Positions 19,163 through 28,900 of a stretch of DNA of 64,000 bases are shown piece after piece; positions within the stretch are counted from its first letter, which is position 1; the number at the start of each line of letters is the position of its first letter. Source of the DNA: an uncultured Planctomycetia bacterium (GTDB lineage: Bacteria > Omnitrophota > Gorgyraeia > Tantalellales > Tantalellaceae); the NCBI GenBank assembly GCA_964527555.1, contig CAZGOG010000006.1, positions 276 through 64,275 of the forward strand, written 5' to 3'. The position numbers were made by a program, and so were the translations under genes. The notes below the pieces were generated by a model that had not been told where the DNA came from, did no database searches, and was given only the letters and a program-made list of their open reading frames with translations.

Positions 19163-19246
19163 TTACCGTCTTGCCCGGGACATTCTACAGCAACCCTCTT
19201 TACAATGCGCCACGGGGCGCAGCATATATCTGACTGTAATATTCAT
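19163..19246 (-). CDS. Candidate 27-aa Cys-rich small ORF (MNITVRYMLRPVAHCKEGCCRMSRARR), possibly a leader peptide for the rubredoxin operon
   Basis: A strong SD (AAAGGAGGA) lies 5 nt before the ATG. The promoter/operator module 1 is about 50 bp upstream. An 11-bp-stem hairpin at 19090-19130 lies between its stop and rubredoxin. Confidence 0.3.
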   Translation of the reverse strand: MNITVRYMLRPVAHCKEGCCRMSRARR

Positions 19247-19289
19247 CCGTTCCTCCTTTCATGATCACCTGCTTTTTTACTGTCCTGCT

Positions 19290-19323
19290 TATAATGATAC
19301 CATATTAGTATCATTTGTCAAGG
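19290..19323 (-). promoter_or_regulatory. Sigma70-like promoter with overlapping palindromic operator, module 1 (drives the small ORF and the rubredoxin-FDP-Dfx-Rbr operon)
   Basis: The minus strand reads TTGACA-aatgatactaatatgg-TATCAT, a -35 and -10 with a 16-nt spacer. The inverted repeat TGATAC-N7-GTATCA (plus 19295-19313) spans the spacer and the -10. Confidence 0.5.
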
Positions 19324-19497
19324 GGATTAACATTTTTTAAATATATCTTAAATATCCCCTTTTATGTTTCTTGCGCTATATTAAGTAGTATACCTAGTAA
19401 TTGTAAATATCAAAACGATAAATTAAAAACACCTGCATTTTTTAAATGCAGGCTCTCTTCCCATTGTCTTGCGACAACTTGGAGGTCTTGGGAAGTC

Positions 19498-19671
19498 TTA
19501 ATAAACGTTAGGTACTTTTATACCCTCTTTTGGATTTTCACATCTTTCCTCTGCCTCGTAGTGTCTTCTTTCTTTAAACTCTTCTTGCTTGCCTTTATTC
19601 CATGCCTCGACGGGACGAAAAAAACCCGTAACGCGCGCAAAAACTTCTACGCCACACCTTCTTTTGTCCAT
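19498..19671 (-). CDS. 57-aa protein resembling the C-terminal glycyl-radical tail of class III ribonucleotide reductase NrdD (candidate 'spare part')
   Basis: Manual translation gives MDKRRCGVEVFARVTGFFRPVEAWNKGKQEEFKERRHYEAEERCENPKEGIKVPNVY. It has an RVTGF glycyl-loop-like motif and a P-x-E-x-W-N-x-GK-x-x-E-F-K-x-R-x-H tail, as I recall it from NrdD C-termini. A strong SD (GGGGGGAGG) and its own promoter are present. Confidence 0.45.
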   Translation of the reverse strand: MDKRRCGVEVFARVTGFFRPVEAWNKGKQEEFKERRHYEAEERCENPKEGIKVPNVY

Positions 19672-19715
19672 AATAAAGCCTCCCCCCTTCGCTCACAAAA
19701 AACTGTCCTGACAGC

Positions 19716-19750
19716 TTAAAAGATACCATATGGGTATCATTTTGTCAAAT
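19716..19750 (-). promoter_or_regulatory. Sigma70-like promoter with overlapping palindromic operator, module 2 (drives the NrdD-tail-like ORF)
   Basis: The minus strand reads TTGACA-aaatgatacccatatgg-TATCTT. A near-palindrome GATACC-ATAT-GGGTATC lies at plus 19722-19738. About 33 of 38 bases match module 1. Confidence 0.5.
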
Positions 19751-19785
19751 AAAAAACGCCTGGCGGTAAAGCCAGGCGTTTTTCG
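19751..19785 (-). terminator. Intrinsic terminator of gdhA
   Basis: AACGCCTGGC-ggtaaa-GCCAGGCGTT is a perfect 10-bp stem flanked by an A-run and a T-run. It lies immediately 3' of the gdhA stop. Confidence 0.7.
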
Positions 19786-19799
19786 TCTTCTCCGAAAGT

Positions 19800-21194
<1,395 letters not shown>

Positions 21195-21198
21195 CTAG

Positions 21199-21227
21199 AT
21201 TTTACACAATTTTTCGCCTGATTTGAA
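21199..21227 (-). promoter_or_regulatory. Candidate sigma70 promoter of gdhA (TTCAAA-N17-tgtgTAAAAT)
   Basis: Read directly on the minus strand. The extended -10 (TGn) leaves a short leader carrying GAAGGAAG before the ATG. Confidence 0.35.
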
Positions 21228-21245
21228 CATATATTTCTTTCTATA

Positions 21246-21290
21246 AATAAAAAAGGCATTCCGCTTCCTTTTCAGGAAGAAGAACGCCTT
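21246..21290 (-). terminator. Candidate intrinsic terminator after the lipoprotein gene
   Basis: An imperfect hairpin (GGCATTCCGCTTCC-ttttca-GGAAGAAGAACGCC) is followed on the minus strand by UUUUUUAUUUAU. Confidence 0.45.
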
Positions 21291-21394
21291 TGTTCTTTCC
21301 AGATACTGCTTTTACAACCGGCAGATATTGCCGTTATCCCCGGCACATAATTATCCAACATCACGCCGGGATAGTCAAGAAAAAATTAAAACAG

Positions 21395-21793
21395 CTATTT
21401 GGTGAGGTAAGGCATAAGGGCTTTCTGTGTATTTGTACCCGCTATACCGTCGACTTTAAGCCCATTATCGGCCTGAAAATCCCTGATGGCCTGTCTGGAC
21501 AACTGCCCCAGTTTCCCGTCTATCGGCCCCTTATAATATCCGGCGTTACTGAGGGCTAGCTGTATTTCTTGCTTGGTCATGGAGATTTGAGAACCTGTCT
21601 GGGGAGTTATTTCCTCGACTTCAACCGTTGAAGAGTATACAACAGTCTCTTCCATGCGGTTTTCGAGAGATTCTTGTTTTCTCTCGACTACAGTTACGCG
21701 CTTCTCAAGTTTATCCAGCTCCTGCTTCTCAACCGTGGCGCAACCCGTAAACACAAATGACAAACAGATAACTATAAGCAAAATCTTTTTCAT
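21395..21793 (-). CDS. Lipoprotein with a putative peptidoglycan-binding domain
   Basis: Has a signal peptide with lipobox FTGC. The C-terminal PG_binding_1-like repeat reads QLALSNAGYYKGPIDGKLGQLSRQAIRDFQADNGLKVDGIAG. Confidence 0.7.
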   Translation of the reverse strand: MKKILLIVICLSFVFTGCATVEKQELDKLEKRVTVVERKQESLENRMEETVVYSSTVEVEEITPQTGSQISMTKQEIQLALSNAGYYKGPIDGKLGQLSRQAIRDFQADNGLKVDGIAGTNTQKALMPYLTK

Positions 21794-21935
21794 GTCTCCT
21801 CCTGGCTAGCCGCCACTAAAAAACATCCTTATCGGCAATTTGTATTATATTACGTGATATTGCGCAAGAAGGCAAACGAAAAATAACCTTGAAAGCGGAG
21901 TGGTCCCCTTAATATCTTTCAGTTAAAGTCGTTTT

Positions 21936-24509
21936 TTAGGAAAAGTAGCAAATCATCTTCTGCGAAACCACATCCGATACGATCCTTAAATTCATATCGC
22001 CTACATCGTATATACCTATAATATCTTCGTACTTGGCATAGTCCGGCATTAATTTTGCAAAGAGGTTGTCTAATCTGCGAATACGCTTTTCGTTAAAGAG
22101 AACTTCCTTTTTATCCGGGAAAACAGCCAGGTAGAAAATGTTTGTTTCAACAAGGTCCTGGAAAAAATGTGTACCAAAAGAAAGTTCAGGCATAAGGTTA
22201 CCCCACTGGAAAGCTATCTCTCCAAGCACGGAGATATTGTTTATTTCGGAAAACCTGACCGGCACCCCGAGAGAAGGAGTGGTAGTACCCCACCTGCCGG
22301 GACCCAAAAGAAAAACCGGATATTTCTCTTTACCCTCTATTTGTCTATTGATCTTTCCTATAATGCGCGCTATATCATATTTTTCGGAGATGGATAGCGC
22401 ATGATACCCCGCAGGGTCGACATAAATTATTCTATTAATTATCTGTGAAATATTGCCGCCAAAAAAATATCCTTCTGACTTAATGAATATTTTATCTTCT
22501 CCGACGCCTTCGGGTATTTCAACTTTCTTGCCAAAGCCTATAGTCTGTAAAGGTCTGCATTGCAGAAGATTTATCTTATATGCCCCGTCTTTTGTAAAAT
22601 TGATGGTAAACTCTATGTCTACCGGATACTGATAATTATTTTCAAGTATCTTTAGTATATCCTTCATGGTCCCGGTAAGCGTGCCTTCGGAAAAAAGTTT
22701 ATCGAACGTGAGCACCCATAGTTCAGACTGTTTAGCGTCCCTTTCCTTCATTATGCGCATTGTTTCATAATCACGCACGCCCAGTCTGTCCATCTCTATG
22801 CCGATCTTTTCGTTCAACATCTCCATAAGCGCGACTGTTTTGAATCTGTTTTCTTTTATATCGATAAGATCGACTTCACGCTGAGAATATTTTTTTACGT
22901 CCTCTATTCCCGCATGGGGCCTTAATAGCGGTTTATCTAGAGCCACTGTCCTCGGATAATCCCCTTCTACTCTGTTGACAGATCTCGTCCCGAGTCCCAG
23001 GACTACCCGTAACATTCCCGCTTCCGGATCCATTTTCGGGTTCCACACATAAGTGTTATAAGAGACCCCGACCCCCCCGATATCGGGAAAAAAATAATTT
23101 TTATGATATGCACCTGAAACACGCTGGACCAAAAGCGCCATCTGTTCATCCCTCTGATCAAGCCCCCTTTGCCTCCTGTAAACGAGCGCATCCTCGCTCA
23201 TTGTGCTGGCATACACCTCACGAACAGCGTTTACAAACTCCACATAGCGCTGTTCCGGCGTCCCCTGGTTAGAACAAAAGATGCTTTCGTATTTACCCGC
23301 GAAGGCATTGCCGTATCCGTCTTCAAGGAGGCTGCTTGAGCGGACGATGATGGGAGATTGACCGAAATATTCGATGATCTGCTGGAACTGCTCCATCACC
23401 TCTTCCGGAAAAGTACCGTGAAGCATCTGCTCTTTAAGGACGGCTGCCGCATCGAAATACCCTTCTTTTGTTTTCTGCTGCATGCGCAATTTCCACCAGC
23501 CGTTTTGAACTATATAAGTATAGAAAACATCAGACCCCACATAAAAGGAATCGTGTGCTTCCGAACAATCCTTCCAGTTAATCGAACGGCTATTTGAAAG
23601 GATCTTCCTTGCAAGAAGCATGCCGACAGCTTTCCCGCCGATAAGCCCTGTGCCTATTACTCTCGATTCGATAGCCAGGAGGTCCTCTAAAGTAAAGTTC
23701 TCCTTAGCCAGGGAAAGGATCTTCTTGTCGCGAGACATCATTATGCTCGAGAACCGGTCTACCAGTTTCTGTCTTTCTCCCTTCTTCGTCGATGTTTTTA
23801 TCAAGTCTTCCGCCTCAAGGAAGAGTCTATCCCAGTAATCCAAATGCCTTCTGGTCGTCTCTGCCCCGGCCTTGTTTATGTGAGAAAGGATCCTCGCCGC
23901 ATTCACACTGTCCGTGACGGGAACGAATTTGTCACCGTTTTTTAAGTGCGGTAAAAACATCGTCGGGGAATACCGGTTCCAGACTTTTAAGGGATGTATA
24001 TAATATTCCCCGTCGCAGTTGTAGATATCTATAAGTAGCTGCGTCGTCTCCCTTATACGCGCTATTGTTTTAAATGAATGACTGTTCCTGAAAAGCGCAA
24101 AATAAGCTATGGTCTTAAGCTCATAAAGAAATGGGCAGGTCACCATGAAAAAGTTGCCTATCATAAGATCCGTAGACCATGCCAATAATAGCGCCGACAG
24201 ACAGTCAAATACGTAATATGCTCCTTCCCCTTCATCGGATATTATCTTGTTAACTTCCGTAGTAAAGGATTCGAACCCGCTATGCGCATCCAGATTATAT
24301 GTTTTAACTTTCTCCAGTCCTTCCAGAAGAGGGACATGAGAAGCGAACCTCATGTAAATCACTTTTTTGTTGTCCGCTAACGCTTTTCTGACATACGGAG
24401 TCACAAAATTCCTATAATCGTTGATGTCGTCTATCTGCCAGACAACATTATCACCTGCCCTTAAGCCCGTGATTATCTCATCCAGCCCCTTTAATCCAGT
24501 GCTTACCAT
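21936..24509 (-). CDS. Large uncharacterized protein with a central PEP/pyruvate-binding (PPDK_N-like) domain and an N-terminal degenerate RecA/KaiC-like region
   Basis: LIGGKAVGMLLARKIL and VRSSSLLEDG...FAGKYESI match the nucleotide-binding domain of PEP synthase/PPDK. The N-terminal GLKGLDEIITGLRAGDNVVWQ resembles KaiC/RadA but lacks a GKT P-loop. There is no phosphohistidine or PEP-utilizing C-terminal domain. Confidence 0.55.
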   Translation of the reverse strand: MVSTGLKGLDEIITGLRAGDNVVWQIDDINDYRNFVTPYVRKALADNKKVIYMRFASHVPLLEGLEKVKTYNLDAHSGFESFTTEVNKIISDEGEGAYYVFDCLSALLLAWSTDLMIGNFFMVTCPFLYELKTIAYFALFRNSHSFKTIARIRETTQLLIDIYNCDGEYYIHPLKVWNRYSPTMFLPHLKNGDKFVPVTDSVNAARILSHINKAGAETTRRHLDYWDRLFLEAEDLIKTSTKKGERQKLVDRFSSIMMSRDKKILSLAKENFTLEDLLAIESRVIGTGLIGGKAVGMLLARKILSNSRSINWKDCSEAHDSFYVGSDVFYTYIVQNGWWKLRMQQKTKEGYFDAAAVLKEQMLHGTFPEEVMEQFQQIIEYFGQSPIIVRSSSLLEDGYGNAFAGKYESIFCSNQGTPEQRYVEFVNAVREVYASTMSEDALVYRRQRGLDQRDEQMALLVQRVSGAYHKNYFFPDIGGVGVSYNTYVWNPKMDPEAGMLRVVLGLGTRSVNRVEGDYPRTVALDKPLLRPHAGIEDVKKYSQREVDLIDIKENRFKTVALMEMLNEKIGIEMDRLGVRDYETMRIMKERDAKQSELWVLTFDKLFSEGTLTGTMKDILKILENNYQYPVDIEFTINFTKDGAYKINLLQCRPLQTIGFGKKVEIPEGVGEDKIFIKSEGYFFGGNISQIINRIIYVDPAGYHALSISEKYDIARIIGKINRQIEGKEKYPVFLLGPGRWGTTTPSLGVPVRFSEINNISVLGEIAFQWGNLMPELSFGTHFFQDLVETNIFYLAVFPDKKEVLFNEKRIRRLDNLFAKLMPDYAKYEDIIGIYDVGDMNLRIVSDVVSQKMICYFS

Positions 24510-24534
24510 GACAGCTGTCTCCTTCGATTATGAT

Positions 24535-25980
24535 TTACATCTGAGGCAGATTGCTCCGGCCCATCAGGAACTTATCGATATAATGCGCCGCTCGCCTGCC
24601 TTCTGAAACCGCCCAGACGATAAGCGATTGCCCTCTACGCGCGTCCCCTGCGGCGAATACTTTTTTGACTGAAGTCATAAAATCCGCATCCGTTTTAACG
24701 TTGAGGCGCTCATCATATTCAACGCCCAGTTCTTTGAGTAAACCTTTACTCTCCGGGCGGATAAACCCTACAGCAATTATAACAAGATCCGCTTCTATCT
24801 CAAATTCGCTTCCCGCCGCTTCCATCATGACGGGGCAGGTACTTTTGTCTTTTTTTGTAAACTCAACTCTTGCGCATCTAAGTTTGCTGACTCTGCCGCT
24901 TTCTCCCAAGAACTTCTTTGTCAGGACCGCCCAGTGCCTTTCGCCGCCCTCTTCATGGCTTGAAGTGGTTTTTAGTACGAGCGGATAAAGCGGCCACGGG
25001 TAATCTTCGCTCCGGCACTCATCCGGCTTAGGCATGATTTCTATCTGGACGACACAAGAGGCTCCCTGCCTATTTGCCGTGCCGACACAGTCTGCACCCG
25101 TATCCCCTCCGCCTATCACAACGACTTTCTTCCCCCTGGCATCGATAAGGGACTGCTGAGGGATATTCTCGCCCGCTACAAGCCTGTTAGACTGTACAAG
25201 ATAGTCCATCGCAAAATGAATACCCGCAAGATCCCGGCCTTCTATTTCAAGATCACGCGGGAGGCGGCAGCCGCCTGCCAGGCACACCGCGTCCTGAGCG
25301 CTCAAAAGTTCACTCGCCGGCAATGTCGCTCCCACATCCACACCGGTCATAAATCTAATGCCTTCCTCTTTCATAAGTTTAAGACGTCTATCTATGATCC
25401 ATTTTTCCAGTTTAAAGTCCGGTATCCCATAACGGAGTATGCCACCCGCTTTATCATCTTTCTCGTACACCATGACTTCATGGCCGGCGCGGTTAAGCTG
25501 CATGGCACAGGCCAGCCCCGCGGGCCCTGATCCGATCACGGCGACCTTTTTACCCGTCCGCACTTCTGGCACTCTGGGCACGATAAGACCTTCTTTAAAC
25601 GCACGCTCGATTATGATCAGTTCGTTTTCACGTATAGTCACGGGATCGTCGTTTATACCAAGAACACACGCGTATTCGCACGTTGCGGGACAGACACGGC
25701 CTGTTATCTCCGGCAGATTATTCGTCGCTTCGAGAAGTTCAAACGCACGCCGCCAATCGCCGGCTGCCGCCAGGTCATTCCATTCGGGGATATAGTTCCC
25801 GACCGGGCAGGCCCAGTGACAGAAAGGCGTACCGCAGTCCATGCAGCGGGAGGCCTGCTCCTGTGATTTTTCGTCCGTGCGCATAAGACTGACTTCTTTA
25901 TAATCTTTCACGCGTTCACAGACAGCTCTATACGGAGAAACTTCCCGTCTTGCTTTTAAAAATCCTTTCGGATCACCCAT
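24535..25980 (-). CDS. gltD: Glutamate synthase (NADPH) small subunit
   Basis: Has N-terminal Fe-S Cys clusters, two dinucleotide-binding GxGxxG motifs (VAVIGSGPAGL, VVVIGGGDTGAD) and a GltD-like N-terminus, at 481 aa. Confidence 0.9.
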   Translation of the reverse strand: MGDPKGFLKARREVSPYRAVCERVKDYKEVSLMRTDEKSQEQASRCMDCGTPFCHWACPVGNYIPEWNDLAAAGDWRRAFELLEATNNLPEITGRVCPATCEYACVLGINDDPVTIRENELIIIERAFKEGLIVPRVPEVRTGKKVAVIGSGPAGLACAMQLNRAGHEVMVYEKDDKAGGILRYGIPDFKLEKWIIDRRLKLMKEEGIRFMTGVDVGATLPASELLSAQDAVCLAGGCRLPRDLEIEGRDLAGIHFAMDYLVQSNRLVAGENIPQQSLIDARGKKVVVIGGGDTGADCVGTANRQGASCVVQIEIMPKPDECRSEDYPWPLYPLVLKTTSSHEEGGERHWAVLTKKFLGESGRVSKLRCARVEFTKKDKSTCPVMMEAAGSEFEIEADLVIIAVGFIRPESKGLLKELGVEYDERLNVKTDADFMTSVKKVFAAGDARRGQSLIVWAVSEGRRAAHYIDKFLMGRSNLPQM

Positions 25981-28900
25981 CAGACACCTCCAAAAGACCT
26001 AAACGCGCCTCTACCTGCTTGCCCGCCAAGACTTGTTTATACTCAATCGGCATAACCTTGACGAACTTTTCAAGTTCATTTGTGAAATCATCAAGCAGTT
26101 TCCCGGCAAGGGAACTGGCGGTATATCTGAAATGGTTATGCACAAGATTATAGATGCTGATCTTGTCTTCTTCATCGCATTTTTCCAGATGGACCATTTT
26201 CATGTTGCACCGGTCCTTAAAGCTATTATCTTCATCGTAAACATACGCTATCCCGCCTGACATGCCGGCAGCAAAATTCTTACCGGTCCTTCCCAGTATG
26301 ACTACCTTTCCTCCCGTCATATATTCACACCCGTGATCACCCACGCCTTCGGCCACCGCAAAAAGTCCGGAATTTCTTATGCAGAACCTCTCCCCGGCTA
26401 CACCCCTTATATAAGCTTCACCGGAAGTTGCGCCGTAAAAAGTCGTGTTGCCGATAATCACGTTCTCCTCGGGCTTGTAATCACTTTTTTTATCGGGATA
26501 AATAATAACTTTTCCGCCTGAGATGCTTTTGCCTACGTAATCATTCGCCATCCCTTCAAGTTCAAAAGTCACGCCTTTTGCAAGGAAGGCTCCAAAACTC
26601 TGTCCGGCGGTACCGGTAAACTTGCAGTGAATCGTATTTTCAAGCAAGCCCTTCTCGCCGTGCTTTCTGCAAACCTCACCGCTCAACATCGCACCGCATG
26701 TCCTGTTATTGTTTCTTATGGGAAACTCAAGTTTTACGGGTTCAGCTTTTTCCAGGGCGTTTTTTGCTTTGCGGATGATGTCCCGATCGAGCACCTCATC
26801 GATCCCGTGGTTCTGCTCAACCAAACACCTCGTGCCGACTTTTCCAGAAACCTCGGGTTTATACAGTATCCGCGAAAGGTCTATTCCTTTGGCTTTTTCA
26901 GGGAATATACCTTTATTGGCTTCCAAAAGATCAGTCCTTCCCACCATCTCGTCAATGCTTCTCAGGCCCAGACTGGCCATAATCTCGCGCAACTCTTCCG
27001 AAATAAAACGCATGTAACTTACGATATATTCCGGACGCCCCTGAAACCTCTTCACGAGCATCTCATCCTGCGTAGCGACTCCCACCGAGCAATTATTGAG
27101 GTGACAGTGCCGGAGCATAACGCAGCCCAGCACCACTAAAACGGAAGTGCAGAACCCAAACTCTTCCGCGCCTAAAATGGCCGCTATCGCAACGTCCCTG
27201 CCGGTCCGCATCTGACCGTCGGTCTGAAGGCGGACCCTGCTCCTGAGCCGGTTAAGGACCAAAGTCTGGTGCGTCTCGGAAAGCCCAAGTTCCCAGGGAA
27301 GACCCGCGTACATTATGGAGCTTCTCGGGGAAGCCCCGGTCCCGCCGTCTCCGCCGGATATAAGTATCATATCCGCGTGCCCTTTGGCCACCCCTGCCGC
27401 TACCGTACCGACACCTATCTCGGAAACGAGTTTTACACTTACCCGGGCACGGGGATTTGCATTTTTGAGATCAAAAATAAGCTGCGCAAGGTCCTCGATA
27501 GAATAAATGTCATGATGCGGCGGCGGTGAAATAAGTGTGACTCCCGGCGACGTATAACGTGTCCGGGCTATAATAGCGCTTACTTTGTAGCCGGGCAACT
27601 GCCCCCCTTCACCCGGTTTTGCTCCCTGAGCGATCTTTATCTGCAACTCATCAGCGTTTACCAGATAATTGATAGTCACGCCGAACCTGCCTGAAGCGAC
27701 CTGTTTTACGGCGCTACGCGTCGAATCGCCGTTCGGCAGGGAAACAAAACGCGAAGGGTCTTCCCCGCCTTCACCGGTGTTTGATTTCCCGCCGAGACGG
27801 TTCATAGCTATGGCTATGGCTTCATGCGCACCCTTGCTTATCGAACCGAAACTCATGGCACCGGTCACGAAACGAGTGACTATTTTTTCAACCGGTTCCA
27901 CTTCGCTTACAGGGATGGGTGCGGTTTTTTTAAATTTAAAAAGGCTTCGTATAGTGGTCGGACTGGCGGACTGATCGTTAATAAGCTCTGCAAACCTCTT
28001 ATATATCGAGTAGTCTTCTTTCCTGGCAGAATCCTGGAGAGCGGCAATGCTCTCAGGCTGCCACAGGTGAAATTCCCCGTCTCTTTTCCACTGGTAAACT
28101 CCTCCGGAGACGAGCTTTGCAGCGCCTGTTTCCCTTTCGGGAAAGGCCTCTCTGTGCCTAGCAAGCGTCTCCTCCGCTATGCTTTCCAGCGTGAGGCCGC
28201 CCACCCTGGATACGGTGCCGCCAAAATGATTGCTGGCAACATCATCCGCAAGTCCCAACGCTTCGAAGATCTGCGCGCCGCGGTAACTGCGAAGCGTCGA
28301 TATCCCCATTTTTGAAAGTATCTTCAAGATCCCCTTGTTTATGGCTTTTCTGTAATTTTCAAGCGCCTTCCCCATATCCTTGGGCCCCTCCCCCTCTTTA
28401 ATAAGGTGTTCTATGGCCTCGTAAGCCAGATAGGGATTAACACAAGCGGCTCCGTATCCCAGAAGCAGAGCAAAATGCTGCACCTCTCGGGGTTCGGCGC
28501 TTTCAACGATAAGCCCCACTTCGGAACGTATAGTCTTCCTGACAAGATGCTGGTGTACCGCGCTCACAGCTAAAAGCGCAGGTAGCGCTGCATTATTTTT
28601 GTCTACACCGCGATCACTTAATATAACAAACGAATAACCCTGCTCTATCGCATATTCGGTCTCAAAACATATTCTTTCCAGAGCATGAATAAAATTTTCT
28701 ATTTTTGACGCGTCAAAAATAGTTAAAACCGTCTTCGTCTTAAAACTGTTCACCCTGATATTACGTATCTTCTCAAGCTCTTCGTCGGTGATGACGGGCT
28801 TTTTTATCCCAAGCTTGTGGCAGTGTTCGGGAGTCTCTTCGAGAACATTTTTCTCCGGCCCCACAAAACTTTCCAGGCTCATCACCAGCTCTTCCCGTAT

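Noticed and set aside
19295-19313. Assigning the TGATAC-N7-GTATCA palindrome to PerR, Fur, Rex or NrdR
   Set aside because: The half-sites and spacing do not match the consensus I know for those regulators. It is reported as an unassigned operator instead.
19131-19719. Plus-strand ORFs of 69 and 134 aa in the 760 bp region upstream of the rubredoxin operon
   Set aside because: They have no RBS or promoter and an odd composition. They are antisense to the minus-strand small ORFs, which do have SD sequences and promoters, so these are more plausible.
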